Shown: positions 1 to 10,118 of the stretch, one piece after another | Numbering within the stretch: the stretch's first letter is position 1 | How the letters are laid out: the number at the start of each line of letters is the position of its first letter | Origin: Euglena gracilis | Lineage: Eukaryota | DNA length: 64,000 bases | Assembly: GCA_039621445.1 (NCBI GenBank) | Contig: CP154954.1 | Location: forward strand, 10,063,521 to 10,127,520 | Direction of reading: 5' to 3' | Program-made: the position numbers and the translations under genes | Notes under the pieces: generated by a model | What the model was told of the DNA's origin: nothing | Databases searched by the model: none | What the model saw: only the letters and a program-made list of their open reading frames with translations

Positions 1-1
1 C

Positions 2-169
2 CCGTTTGTGGTGGATTGCTTCGGAGGGATGGGGGAGCGAGCGGCAGGATTCATATCCAAGTGCCTCCGTACTGTGTTGGCGCAGACCGATGTTCCCCAA
101 CGACGATCGTCAGAGGCCACGGTGTGGCAAGCGCTGAGTCTAACGTTGGCAAGAGAATTGGCTCGCTAG
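2..169 (+). mobile_element. C-terminal end of the restriction-like endonuclease (RLE) region of a CRE/SLACS-like non-LTR retrotransposon, running in from the window edge; probable 3' UTR to ~470
   Basis: Frame 2 reads PFVVDCFGGMGERAAGFISKCLRTVL...VWQALSLTLARELAR*, resembling the P-F-x-x-[ED]-x-x-G-x-x-G...A and terminal helix of RLE-clade ORFs, and similar to the 5973-6410 fragment. Confidence 0.65.
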
Positions 170-974
170 GCGCACACAGGAACACGGCGACCGCGAGAGC
201 AGCATGCCAGAAGACTCCCGACAGGGAACACACCGGCATAGGGCAAGCCCGACACCGCTGCACCGGCATACACCACAACGCCTCACCGGGCCACCACCCA
301 CCACGCCCCACGCCACACGCACACCGCGAGGTGACACACCAGGACGGCGCACCATGCCTCCCACCCCAACGAACCCCTCCCTCCAACCACCCACCGCCCC
401 CCCCCCCCACGCAGCTGTAAATACTTAACCCTTGTGTACATAGCCCCTCACCGCAGGTACAAAAAATACAGTAGGTTGCGCCACTGGTCGGTGGAATCGG
501 TTCGCCCCACCACCGTTTTCTCTTTTTTCTTTTTTCCCACACCGGATGGTGGCTGCCGTATTATGACTGTTTCTCCATTCAGAGAAATCCTACGAGGAAC
601 GTGAGGTCAATTTTGTAACACGGTGAGACAGTGGTTTAGAGTATGAACTTGATCCTCTTCCTATGCATTCCCCCCCACATTTCAGAAGAAGTTGCAACAA
701 GTCAACGGTTATAAGGTCTGAACAGTCCACAACACAACACAAAAGAGGCCGCCCACAACGGAGGCCAGTTACATGGGGAGGGGCTTCAGGGTTGTTCGTG
801 TTAAAAACACGTTGTTTTAAAACACTCCTTTAAATGGGTTTGAATCAACCGAGCCCCGGGAACGCATAAAACCGCCGGTGTGCGTAGTGAACATGCGTGA
901 CAAACGGGGGCAAAGTGGTTCGCAGAAATGAAAGCAAGGGTTTCTTAACCATAATAACTCCCAAAACCGGCCAC

Positions 975-1670
975 CAGCTGTGGCCCCAAACTTTCCACCA
1001 CCGGCCCGAAAGTGGTCATCATTTGTGGCAAAAAAAATTCCCGCTAGCTGTGGCCCAAAAGCTGGCCGCCAGCTGTGGCCCAAAAGCGGCCACGACCCGT
1101 GGCACAAAAGTGGCCACCACCTGTGGCCCAAAGGTGGCCACCACCCGTGGCCCAAAACTGGCCACCACCTGTGGCCCAAAACTGGCCACCACCTACGGCC
1201 CAAAACTGGCCACCACCTACGGCCCAAAACTGGCCACCATCTGTGGGGCAACACTGGCCACCATCTGTGGCACAAAACTGGCCAGCACCTATGGCCCAAA
1301 ACTGGCCACCATCTGTGGCCCAAAACGGGCCACCATCTGTGGCCCAAAACTAGCCACCATCTGTGGCCCAAAACTGGCCACAATCTGTGGAACAAAACTG
1401 GCCACCATCTGTGGCACAAAACTGGCCACAATCTGTGGCCCAAAACTGGCCACCATCTGTGGCCCAAAACTGGCCACAATCTGTGGAACAAAACTGGCCA
1501 CCATCTGTGGCACAAAACTGGCCACAATCTGTGGCACAAAACTGGCCACCATCTGTTGCACAAAACTGGCCACCAATAATGGGAACCTCGTGTGGCCTAA
1601 AACTAGCCACCATTTGTGGGGCAAAACTGGCCATCATCTTCAAAATCCCTTTCACATTTGGCACACTGGC
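975..1670. repeat. 24-bp minisatellite (CTGTGGCCCAAAACTGGCCACCAY), roughly 25-29 copies
   Basis: Head-to-tail repeats with 8-aa periodicity in all overlapping ORFs. Degenerate relatives occur at ~2975-3130. Confidence 0.95.
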
Positions 1671-2599
1671 ACAATCTGAACAGGAGTTTTGCATAACTGA
1701 CCCAAGTTCCTCGGTTTCCTTTGTTCCGGGGCTATTTTGTATGCAGAAACAAAAGGAAAAGGCAACAAACCGACTTACAATCAATTCTGAAGCGACCAGC
1801 AGCGGCTAAGAAGCCCTAGCACTACGGCTAGAAGCCCTATCCGCCAGCGAATACTCCTGCAAACAGCACTTCACTTCGCCTTGTCCTTGGACTTGGCTTA
1901 TAAGTTGTACTTGAACTTGAAACTTGACAAATTGTACTTTATAAACCCAGCTTGTAACTAGAACCCCACCAGGGGTTCTCACTTCTCAACCATGTGACAT
2001 GTCGAAAAACTACACTTAGAACAGTCACTGGAATTAGGAATAAGTTCCGTTTTGCGATTTGAATGGTTCAAAACCGTTTAAATCTGGTATAAAACAGTTT
2101 CTTTGTATTTAACTCCTCCAAGGTGTTTAAATTCCAACCCTGAGGGGCTTGTTCACTTTCTAACTGAATTGGACATGTTGACTTGCCGGAGGAGGGGGAG
2201 GGGGGCCCAGGACGTAGGCTGGGGGGGGGGGGCCTGTTGGGTCGACCGACTCAGTTGGTTGACCCAACAGAGGGTGGGTCGATCTTCAGAGGATCGGTAA
2301 GGGTCGGCCGACCCAAAACGAACAACTGCGGTATTACTCGTCAAATATGCGCGAATGAGCAACACAATCCACACGTGCGTAAAGGGGATTTTAGAAACAC
2401 GAGGCCGGCCGAGGTCCGCATTCAGAACAAGTTTTCTGCTCTGAAAACGTTGCAGTGTTGGGTCAGCCGCCCCTGGGTCGACCGACCCTCCGAGGGGGGG
2501 TAGATCTGGCCTGGGGGGGGGTTGTGGGCCGACCCTAGGGTCGGCCCACGGTCGCCAAAGGTCGCCAAAGGTCGCCATGGTCGCCAAAGGTCGTGGGTG

Positions 2600-2837
2600 G
2601 GTCATCTAGGGGGGGGTCATTTAGGGGGGGATACTTTTCCCACTTGAAAAATTGCTCTGCTCTATGACCCCCCCCCCTAGATGCCCCCCCCAGGGGGGTC
2701 ATCTAGGGGGGGGGGGTCATAGAGCAGAGCAATTTTTCAAGTGGGAAAAGTATCCCCCCCTAAATGACCCCCCCCCCCTAGATGACCCTTTGGGGGTCCT
2801 GAAGCAACATTAATAGGGTCATTTAGGGGGGGGGGTA
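2600..2837. mobile_element. Palindromic MITE-like repeat, family A (CCCCCCCTAAATGACC / GGTCATTTAGGGGGGG ends)
   Basis: Internal inverted repeat GATACTTTTCCCACTTGAAAAATTGCTCTGCTCTATGAC / GTCATAGAGCAGAGCAATTTTTCAAGTGGGAAAAGTATC. Near-identical to 6697-6880 and 7181-7366. Confidence 0.8.
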
Positions 2838-4279
2838 AGTTCGCCCGTGCCAAAGTTTGCTCGCACAAGGTCACCGTGCTGAATGTTCGGACCGAAATGC
2901 GGCCCGCATGTTGGCTTTATCCCGTGGGTGCTCCGGACAAAAAAGAAACCTGCCGGAGGCCCCCCCCCCAAAAAAACTGGTCCCCACGTGTGGCACCAAA
3001 ACTGGTTCCACCTGTGGCACTGAAAGTGCTTCCCAGACTGGGGCAGTCTCAAAGAATTCTTTAAGAACTATAACCAAGACGTGGGTCCCAAAATGCCCCA
3101 AGGTCTGGCCCAAGATGGCACCAAACTGGGGGGGGGGGGCTCAACAGAATGTTTTCAGAACAAGAACGCTACAACAAAGCCTTTTTCAAATGCCCTTGGC
3201 AAAAAACAATCAAACAACCTTGTTGAACTGCAAAGGCAGAAAGCAAAGGTGAACATTGCAACAAAGAAGAGAAAACAGTTTACAGCAACAGGGTCCTGTG
3301 TTTTTCTGTAAAATACCAAAGGACCCTGACAAAAACAGTTTAAAATCCTTCACTTCATTACTCTTCGTCTCTTCTTGGTTCATCTTCTGCTTCTTCACAC
3401 TTCAACCTGTGAGTCAAGGATGACAGACGAAAGACCAAAAAAAGATGACAGGCAATGTGGTACAAAAAAACATGACGCAATGGCAGTTCGGGGGTTCAAT
3501 TTACAGAATTACAGTTTGAAGGCGAAGGAAAGTAAATTGGAAAGCAAGAAAACACAGAATGCAAGGCCAAAATGTCCCCAAGTCACCTGGCCCAAGACAC
3601 AGAGCTGCAGCTGGAGCTCTGTGAAATGGCAGCAAAAGTTCCAAAACTGTAAAACACGACCAGAAAACCACGAGGACGCTCAGAAAATGATATAAAAACA
3701 GAACGCCCAACAGAAGACATGCCACACAAGAGGGTGGGACTCAAAATTGTCACCCAGCGGACCAAATTTTGGAGAAAATGCCACATTTTTTAAAGTGGTC
3801 CAGATGCACTAGAAAAGACCAATAGAATCATTCTTCAGACACTTTAAGATGGGCGTACTTGCTTCAATGTTCAAAAAATCCTGCATGACTGCATTCCTTA
3901 TCCTTCAAATGGCTTGTACCTGAAGTCAGAATAAAGATAAACAAGGAATTCCAAGAGGGAGAAACACTTTTTTTGGGGGGGTTCTGGTTCTAATCCACTT
4001 TGCCGGATTGTAATTACGGTGGTGGGGCGAGCCGAGTCCACCGACCAGTGGCACAGCCTACTGGATTTGACAGGTTCCGAGGTGAGGTGATGTACAGATG
4101 GGTTGTGCCCATGGTTCAGGGGTAAGGTGGTCAGGTGAACCCGGAATCGGCCATGTAGGGGCCAGGGTCCGAGGGGTGAGGTGGCAGGGAGCAGGCGGGG
4201 TTGGGGGGCATTGATGGGTACCTCCCGGTGCGCTGGCGCTCTCCAAATCAAACACCGAAAGAGTCACCAATTTCTATAC

Positions 4280-4383
4280 AAAAATCGACCGACACTAACA
4301 GATTCAGCAGGGGCGCTGGGCGCGAGCGAGCGAAGCGAGCCGCCCGGCGCCCCTGCTGAATCTGTTAGTGTCGGTCGATTTTT
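4280..4383. repeat. 43-bp-stem inverted repeat with an 18-nt CGAGCGAGCGAAGCGAGC loop
   Basis: 4280-4322 is the reverse complement of 4341-4383 except for one G-T pair. Confidence 0.95.
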
Positions 4384-4475
4384 CTAAAACCTATTTTGTC
4401 TGGGCCCGACACCAAAATTCATTCGACCGAACCGCCTCGACGGAAATATGGCCAAAAAAGTGGTTTTTGGCCCAT

Positions 4476-4640
4476 TAACGGGCGCCTGAATGGAAACCGT
4501 TAGACATAAACGGGCGCCTGAATGGAAATCGACTGACATAAACGGGCGCCTGAATGGAAATCGACCGACATAAACGGGTGCCTGAATGGAAATCGACCGA
4601 CATAAACGGGCGCCTGAATGGAAATCGACTGACATAAACG
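4476..4640. repeat. 32-bp tandem repeat (CATAAACGGGCGCCTGAATGGAAATCGACYGA), about 5 copies
   Basis: Unit starts at 4505, 4537, 4569, 4601 and 4633. Confidence 0.95.
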
Positions 4641-5205
4641 GATTCCGATGTCATGGAAATTGACCAACCTTTTGTGTCCTTTTTCTGAATGCTTTTTTGT
4701 TCCGTTTTGGGACATTGTCAATTTCAGCCTGAAATCTGTTAATGTCGACCAACCTTTTTTCTCATTTTTCTGAAAGCTTTTTTCTTCCATTTTGACAGAG
4801 TAGGATAATAACAATAGAAATTCCAATACAGGCGTCGAGCCCAGAAAACAGGTTTTAACAGTTGCCACCCCTCACCAGAAAGCTTTTCTTTCAGACGACC
4901 AGCAATGACAACTGAAACGGGCCAAAAAATGATAATCTTAAGTTCCGTCCTTCCGTCCGTTCCATCCAAAATTCAGCCAGCTGTGATCACCTGACCCCCT
5001 CCCCCTCCCACCCCCTCCAAAAAAAATTCATCCAAATATGAAGGAAAATGACTCGAAACCCACTCAAATGCTTTCCAAAACCCCCAACCCGACCACCAAT
5101 GGTCAGCAGCCATGGTCGCCAGCGACCAGTCGCTAGCGACCATGGTCGCTAGGGACCAGTCGCTAGCGACCACCAAAAAATATATGGGGCAGGCTGTTCC
5201 CCGGT

Positions 5206-5644
5206 GGAGATCAGGCAGTAGACTTTGGTCATTTTGACCCCCCCCCTCCCCCCCCTATGGTGAAGTTCACCATTTGAAAGTTCACCGGGGGTCCCGGACC
5301 CCCTCCCCCCCCCTCTGCCTAACCCATCGGTGAACTTCACCGGTGAAGTTCACCAAGAGAGCACTTTTTGGCCAAAAATGGCCAAAATGACATTTTTGGG
5401 CAAGTTTTCGGAAATTTCGATGAAATTCCATGAAGCATCAACCTCAAAATGACCATTTTGAGAGGAAAGGAGCAAAATTTCACCCATGAAAATTTCACCC
5501 CCAACCATCAAAACAGTGAAGTTCACCGGTGAACTTCACCAGTGAACTTCACCGCCGAAAGTACCCCCCCCCCCTCCGGTGAATGTTCACCGGTGAAGTT
5601 CACCGGGGGGTCCACAGCCCCCCCCCCCGTACTGCCTAACCTCC
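5206..5644. mobile_element. MITE, family B (15-bp imperfect TIR GGAGRTYAGGCAGTA; internal GGTGAAGTTCACC palindromes; possible 3-bp TSD GGT)
   Basis: GGAGATCAGGCAGTA at 5206 and TACTGCCTAACCTCC ending at 5644. GGT at 5203-5205 and 5645-5647. A partial inverted copy lies at 8669-8817. Confidence 0.7.
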
Positions 5645-5972
5645 GGTGTGCTCAATGGAGGTTTCGGGTTCGTCCGACCTTTCGGCGTTCTCTCAGGTGT
5701 GTTTGCCATGTTGTCTCTACGGGACAGAGCCAATAATACCGGCCCTTGGTGGCCGGTGTATGCTGCCTTGGCTTGGCATCAGCGGCCACAGGTGTTTACA
5801 TGGTGTTCGCCCTGACCCTATTTTACTCCGTGGCATATGGGGTGTGGGTGGTGAGATCCACGTCGCCTGATGGCTCCGCCACTGCCCCCCAAGCCAGCTT
5901 TGGCGGCGCCTGGCGGTGGTTGCTGTTGTTTTTTTTAAAAATTCAGGGGGGCGTGGGGCAGGTAGTTTGTCG

Positions 5973-6410
5973 TTATCGGATGACGTGTTTGGGCTGTAGT
6001 AGCTGCCAGACTTGCCGCATGAGGGCAATGGCAATGTTCTGGTATATTTCGTTCTGCTTTATGCCCCTTTGTTCGCCCTCCTGCCATGCCGAGGAGCGCT
6101 TGGCTATTCTTGCCAACAGTTTGGCGCTTTCGGGTCCGATCCCTCCCCAGGTCCCCATGGCGAAGGGGGCGAAGTACCAGCCAGCATCTTTGCAAGGGCC
6201 GTCATATTTTTGTTTCTTTCCTTGTTCCTTCCGTTTGAGGAAGGAGCGCCACCTCTCTCTGGAGGCTGCTTGCTCCGTGGCCTGCCAACCGTGGCAGATA
6301 GTCACGTCGAGGGCTGTGGGCTTCCCTTCGTGCCAACAGTTAAGTAGAAGGTCAGCTGGCCTCAGGTGGTTGTCACGGTTGTTGGGCAGGGTCACTTCTT
6401 TTTGCACTGC
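5973..6410 (-). mobile_element. 5'-truncated CRE-like non-LTR retrotransposon: RLE endonuclease coding fragment; 3' UTR extends to ~5648
   Basis: Reads KEVTLP...LRPADLLL...ALDVTI...KEQGKKQKY...FAPFAMGTWGGIG, matching the E...RPAD...D...K..KY signature of RLE domains. Codons upstream of ~6410 are a dispersed repeat also present inverted at ~12030-12133. Confidence 0.85.
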
Positions 6411-6696
6411 CGATTTTAGGACGCGCGCCGCCCGCGCGGCTGCCCGCGGACCCCGCTGCTGCTCGCCCCCCCTCAGCCCCCCCCCCCCGTCCCTAGAGCG
6501 ACCTTGGCGACCCTGGAGTTGGCCCACAACCTGGAGCGACCTCAACGACCATAGCGACCCCAGGGTCGGCCCACTACCCCCCAGGCCTGATCTACCCCCT
6601 CCCGTGAGAGAGCACTTAAGACTAGACAATCAAAATGGGACAGGCATGCAATACAAATCCCTCCTGTGTTGATTGTACCTCGTGATTTCACCGATG

Positions 6697-6880
6697 TACC
6701 CCCCCCCTAAATGACCCTATTAATGTTGCTTCAGGACCCCCCAAAGGGTCATCTAGGGGGGGGTCATTTAGGGGGGGGATACTTTTCCCACTTGAAAAAT
6801 TGCTCTGCTCTATGACCCCCCCCCCCTAGATGACCCCCCAGGGGGGGTCATCTAGGGGGGGGGGTCATTTAGGGGGGGGT
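6697..6880. mobile_element. Family A MITE-like repeat copy
   Basis: Matches 2600-2837 and is the inverted partner of 7181-7366. Confidence 0.8.
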
Positions 6881-7180
6881 GGTGGTAGGCATGGGCGTTG
6901 CAAGCTGGCAAGTGGCACTGCCACATATACGTCGTTGAGCCGGGGAGGGGGGCCGGTAAAAGGTGCACGAAATTTTTTCGAGCGCGCCTAAGGTCCTCCA
7001 CCATCGTGTCCATCGGCAGCCCCGCCAGCACGATGGACTGGTGGTCCACCTGCTTGTCCTCCTCTTGCGCCGCCATCCGTCCCCCCTCCTTGTTGAGTTC
7101 ACTTCGGAAGTGAACACGAAGGTCCCGAGACCACCCTCCCCCCCGTGTACCTGGATGTACCCCCCTTATTGTCCCCCCCT

Positions 7181-7366
7181 TACCCCCCCCCCTAAATGAC
7201 CCCCCCCCCCCTAGATGACCCCCCTGGGGGGGTCATCTAGGGGGGGGTCATAGAGCAGAGCAATTTTTCAAGTGGGAAAAGTATCCCCCCCCTAAATGAC
7301 CCCCCCCCTAGATGACCCTTTGGGGGGTCCTGAAGCAACATTAATAGGGTCATTTAGGGGGGGGGG
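7181..7366. mobile_element. Family A MITE-like repeat copy (inverted relative to 6697-6880)
   Basis: Reverse complement of 6697-6880 apart from homopolymer lengths. Confidence 0.8.
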
Positions 7367-8668
7367 TGGTATTGTCCCCCGGCCATTTTCTGCAAATATT
7401 TTTTTTACGTTTTTTCTCTTTTTTGCAGCCATGGCTCCCAAAAATGCGCCAGACAGTGCTGTCTTTCAAGCCGGCCAAATTTGCCAAAAAAAATTGGCCA
7501 TTCTGAGGGGGGGGGACACTTTGAGGGGGGGGGGTGAGGGCACCACAGCCCATGCCCAAAAGGCAGCGGACGACCGAGTCCTCCCAATAGTGTTCCATAC
7601 CCGGCCCAACGGCAGTGCAACAAAAGGCATTTGTGAATGTGGTTTGCGAAGTGGAATCACTCCGCTTTGCAGTCCAATCACGTATCATCAAAATTCATTC
7701 CAACAAACAAAATTTTTTTTTTGCAAAGCTCCAGATCACCTGATCCTCCCCCCACTGTGCCTAGCATAGCCAAGAAAAAGGCATTTTTTTTCAGCAAAAA
7801 TGGCCCAAAAGTGGCCAAAAATGACCACTTTTTGGACCCAAAAATGGGCCGCGCGCCGCCTGCGCGACCGCCCTCCCCCCCCTCCCCCCCCCCCCGCGGC
7901 CGCTCACCCCCCCAGCCCCCCCCCCACTATGCCTAGCCTCCAAAGTGATGGCTTGTGCCATCTCGGCACGATATTGCCCTAATTGACGAACCAGATACCA
8001 TGCCCCCCCTCGATAGTACCCTCCCCCCCCCCCCCCCGATATTGTCCCATGCCCCTGCAATGTGACCCAGCCGGCCAGTCCTAAAAGAATTTTATTCCCC
8101 CCCCCCCCCCGATAGTGTCCCCCCATACCCGCCCCCCCCCCCCTGCCTAACCTCCCATGCATTTTCATATGTGGGTAATCATACTGGTGCAGGGTGACCA
8201 TTTGGCCCCATCTGAACCATTTTTGGGTGATTTGGGTCAGAGGCGACTAGGCCTGGTCGGTACCTAGTCGGCGAGACGGGGGGGGGGGGTAGTCGGCCAA
8301 CGACGGCGAAACACCCATAATGAACTAACGGGTCAATGTCGCTGACTTTTAAGCCCCCGCCCCCTACACGCAGGGTGGGGGTGACAATTAGGGGGGGGGT
8401 TACTCAATTCACCCCACATTTCCATGGTTTCCATGGGTAACCCCCCCCCTAATTGTTGCCCCCAAGGGGGGGCAACTATTAGGGGGGGGTGACAAATAGG
8501 GGGGGTCACGTTAGGGGGGGTGCATTCAATTCAAGTGGTATTTTGTGCAACCACACAAAAGATGACATTCTGCATTTCCAATTATTTTTTTCGCGGTATA
8601 ATTCCTCGCCACAATTTTTGGTGGGAGTGGTTAGCATTTGTTGACGAACCCGGACTGTAACCAATAGC

Positions 8669-8817
8669 GGTGAAGTTCACCGGTGAAGTTCACCGATGGG
8701 TTAGGCAGAGGGGGGGGGATGGGGGTCCGGGACTCCCTGGTGAAGTTTCAAACGGTGAACTTCACCATAAAGGGGGGGGAGGGGGGGTCAAAATGACCAA
8801 TCTACTGCCTGATCTCC
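8669..8817. mobile_element. Partial family B MITE end
   Basis: Approximate reverse complement of 5206-5354, ending TACTGCCTGATCTCC. Confidence 0.7.
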
Positions 8818-9694
8818 ATGGTCAGTGGGGGGTTAATTGTGGGTTGGTGGGACTGCAAAGGGGTAACGCACTAGTCTGATGAACAAGGATTGCATGAAAA
8901 TCCTTTGCAAAGAAAGTGCTTTGTATCTCAAGGGGCAGAAAACTCCCCCCTCCACCCCCACCTGGCCCTCAATTTGGGCCATTTTCTGTGAAAATAGCCA
9001 TGTTAAGCTGGCACCCCCCAACCGATTAATTAATCGAACTTAATCGGCCTACGGTCTCCTCGTGGGGTGGGCTACCCCCCCGCAAACAACAAAATCCGTT
9101 TATGTTGGCAAAATTCTTTGGGGGGCAAAGTTCTTTTTTTGTGGGTCATTTTGAACGGGTCTTCTTTGCCACGGTATGGAAGATGTCCTGGGTAAGAGGT
9201 AATTTTTGGCTGAAAAGTGGACAAAATGAAGGGTTTTCTCCCATATTTTTGCATATTCACCCCCGATTGGGAGGCTCTCAAGCCATTTGGGTGGGTTTCT
9301 GCCGGTTTTGGGATGATTTGGACGATAATTTTTCTGGGGGGCTCAAAAGTTGGCGAAATTGGCCTGTAAGTACATTAGAGTTGGTAGTCAGCCGACTACC
9401 AACTCTACCCACTATCCCCCCCCCCCCCCCCGTCTCGCTGACTAGTTACCGATAAGACCTTGTCGGCCGACCAATTGGGTAGTCGGCCGACTAATCGGCT
9501 GGCTACCCAGACCCCCCCCCCCCCCAGTCTACTGTCTGAGGCCCCCAGGATCCCCGCCCATTTCCCCCCAGGACCCCCCCCCCCCAGCACCCTCCAAGAC
9601 CCCCAGGACCCCCCTAGCACCATTTTCATCGTTGTGCAACAGATGTTCATACCTTGTGAACCCAAGGCCGAATAGCCAGTCGGGGGGGGGGGGG

Positions 9695-9850
9695 CATCTG
9701 GGGACAGCTGTGGATGGCTGTGAACGACTGGGGGCGGCTGTGGATGGCTGTGGGGTCGGGAACGGCTGTGGATGGCTGGGGATGGCTGGGGATGGCTGTG
9801 GACAGCCATCCCCAGCTGTCCCCAGCCGTCCACAAACATCCACAGCCGTC
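9695..9850. repeat. Degenerate 10-bp tandem array (GCTGTGGATG) that flips orientation near 9805
   Basis: GGCTGTGGAT-like units are followed by their reverse complements (CAGCCATCCC, CATCCACAGCC). Confidence 0.7.
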
Positions 9851-10118
9851 CCTGGTATCTGGGCCCTGGTTTCTGGGGCCAAAACAACACACAGGGAGAG
9901 GGGGATGCATTCAGATATTTTTGAAAAATTATTTTTTTTTGTCGAAAGTAAAAGCGTCGAAAGTGGGGTAATCCTGCCCAGTTGGACGCCTTGTCTGTTG
10001 CATAACTCGGGCCAGGCGGGGAGTCGGGGCGGGGCCATCAACGTTGATTGGGTTTCTCCGCAGCTTCCTTATGGTTGGTGTGCGTTGCCTTGTGGTTGAC
10101 TTTGGGTGGACACGGACA

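Noticed and set aside
975-1670. CRISPR-like array or repeat-protein ORFs (TCGPKLAT)n
   Set aside because: There are no unique spacers and no cas genes. The ORFs are open in most frames simply because the unit lacks stops.
4476-4640. CRISPR array (32-bp unit)
   Set aside because: Units are contiguous with no spacers.
6411-6629. N-terminal part of the 218-aa minus-strand ORF
   Set aside because: It consists of dispersed repeats found elsewhere in the window, so the fusion to the RLE fragment is fortuitous.
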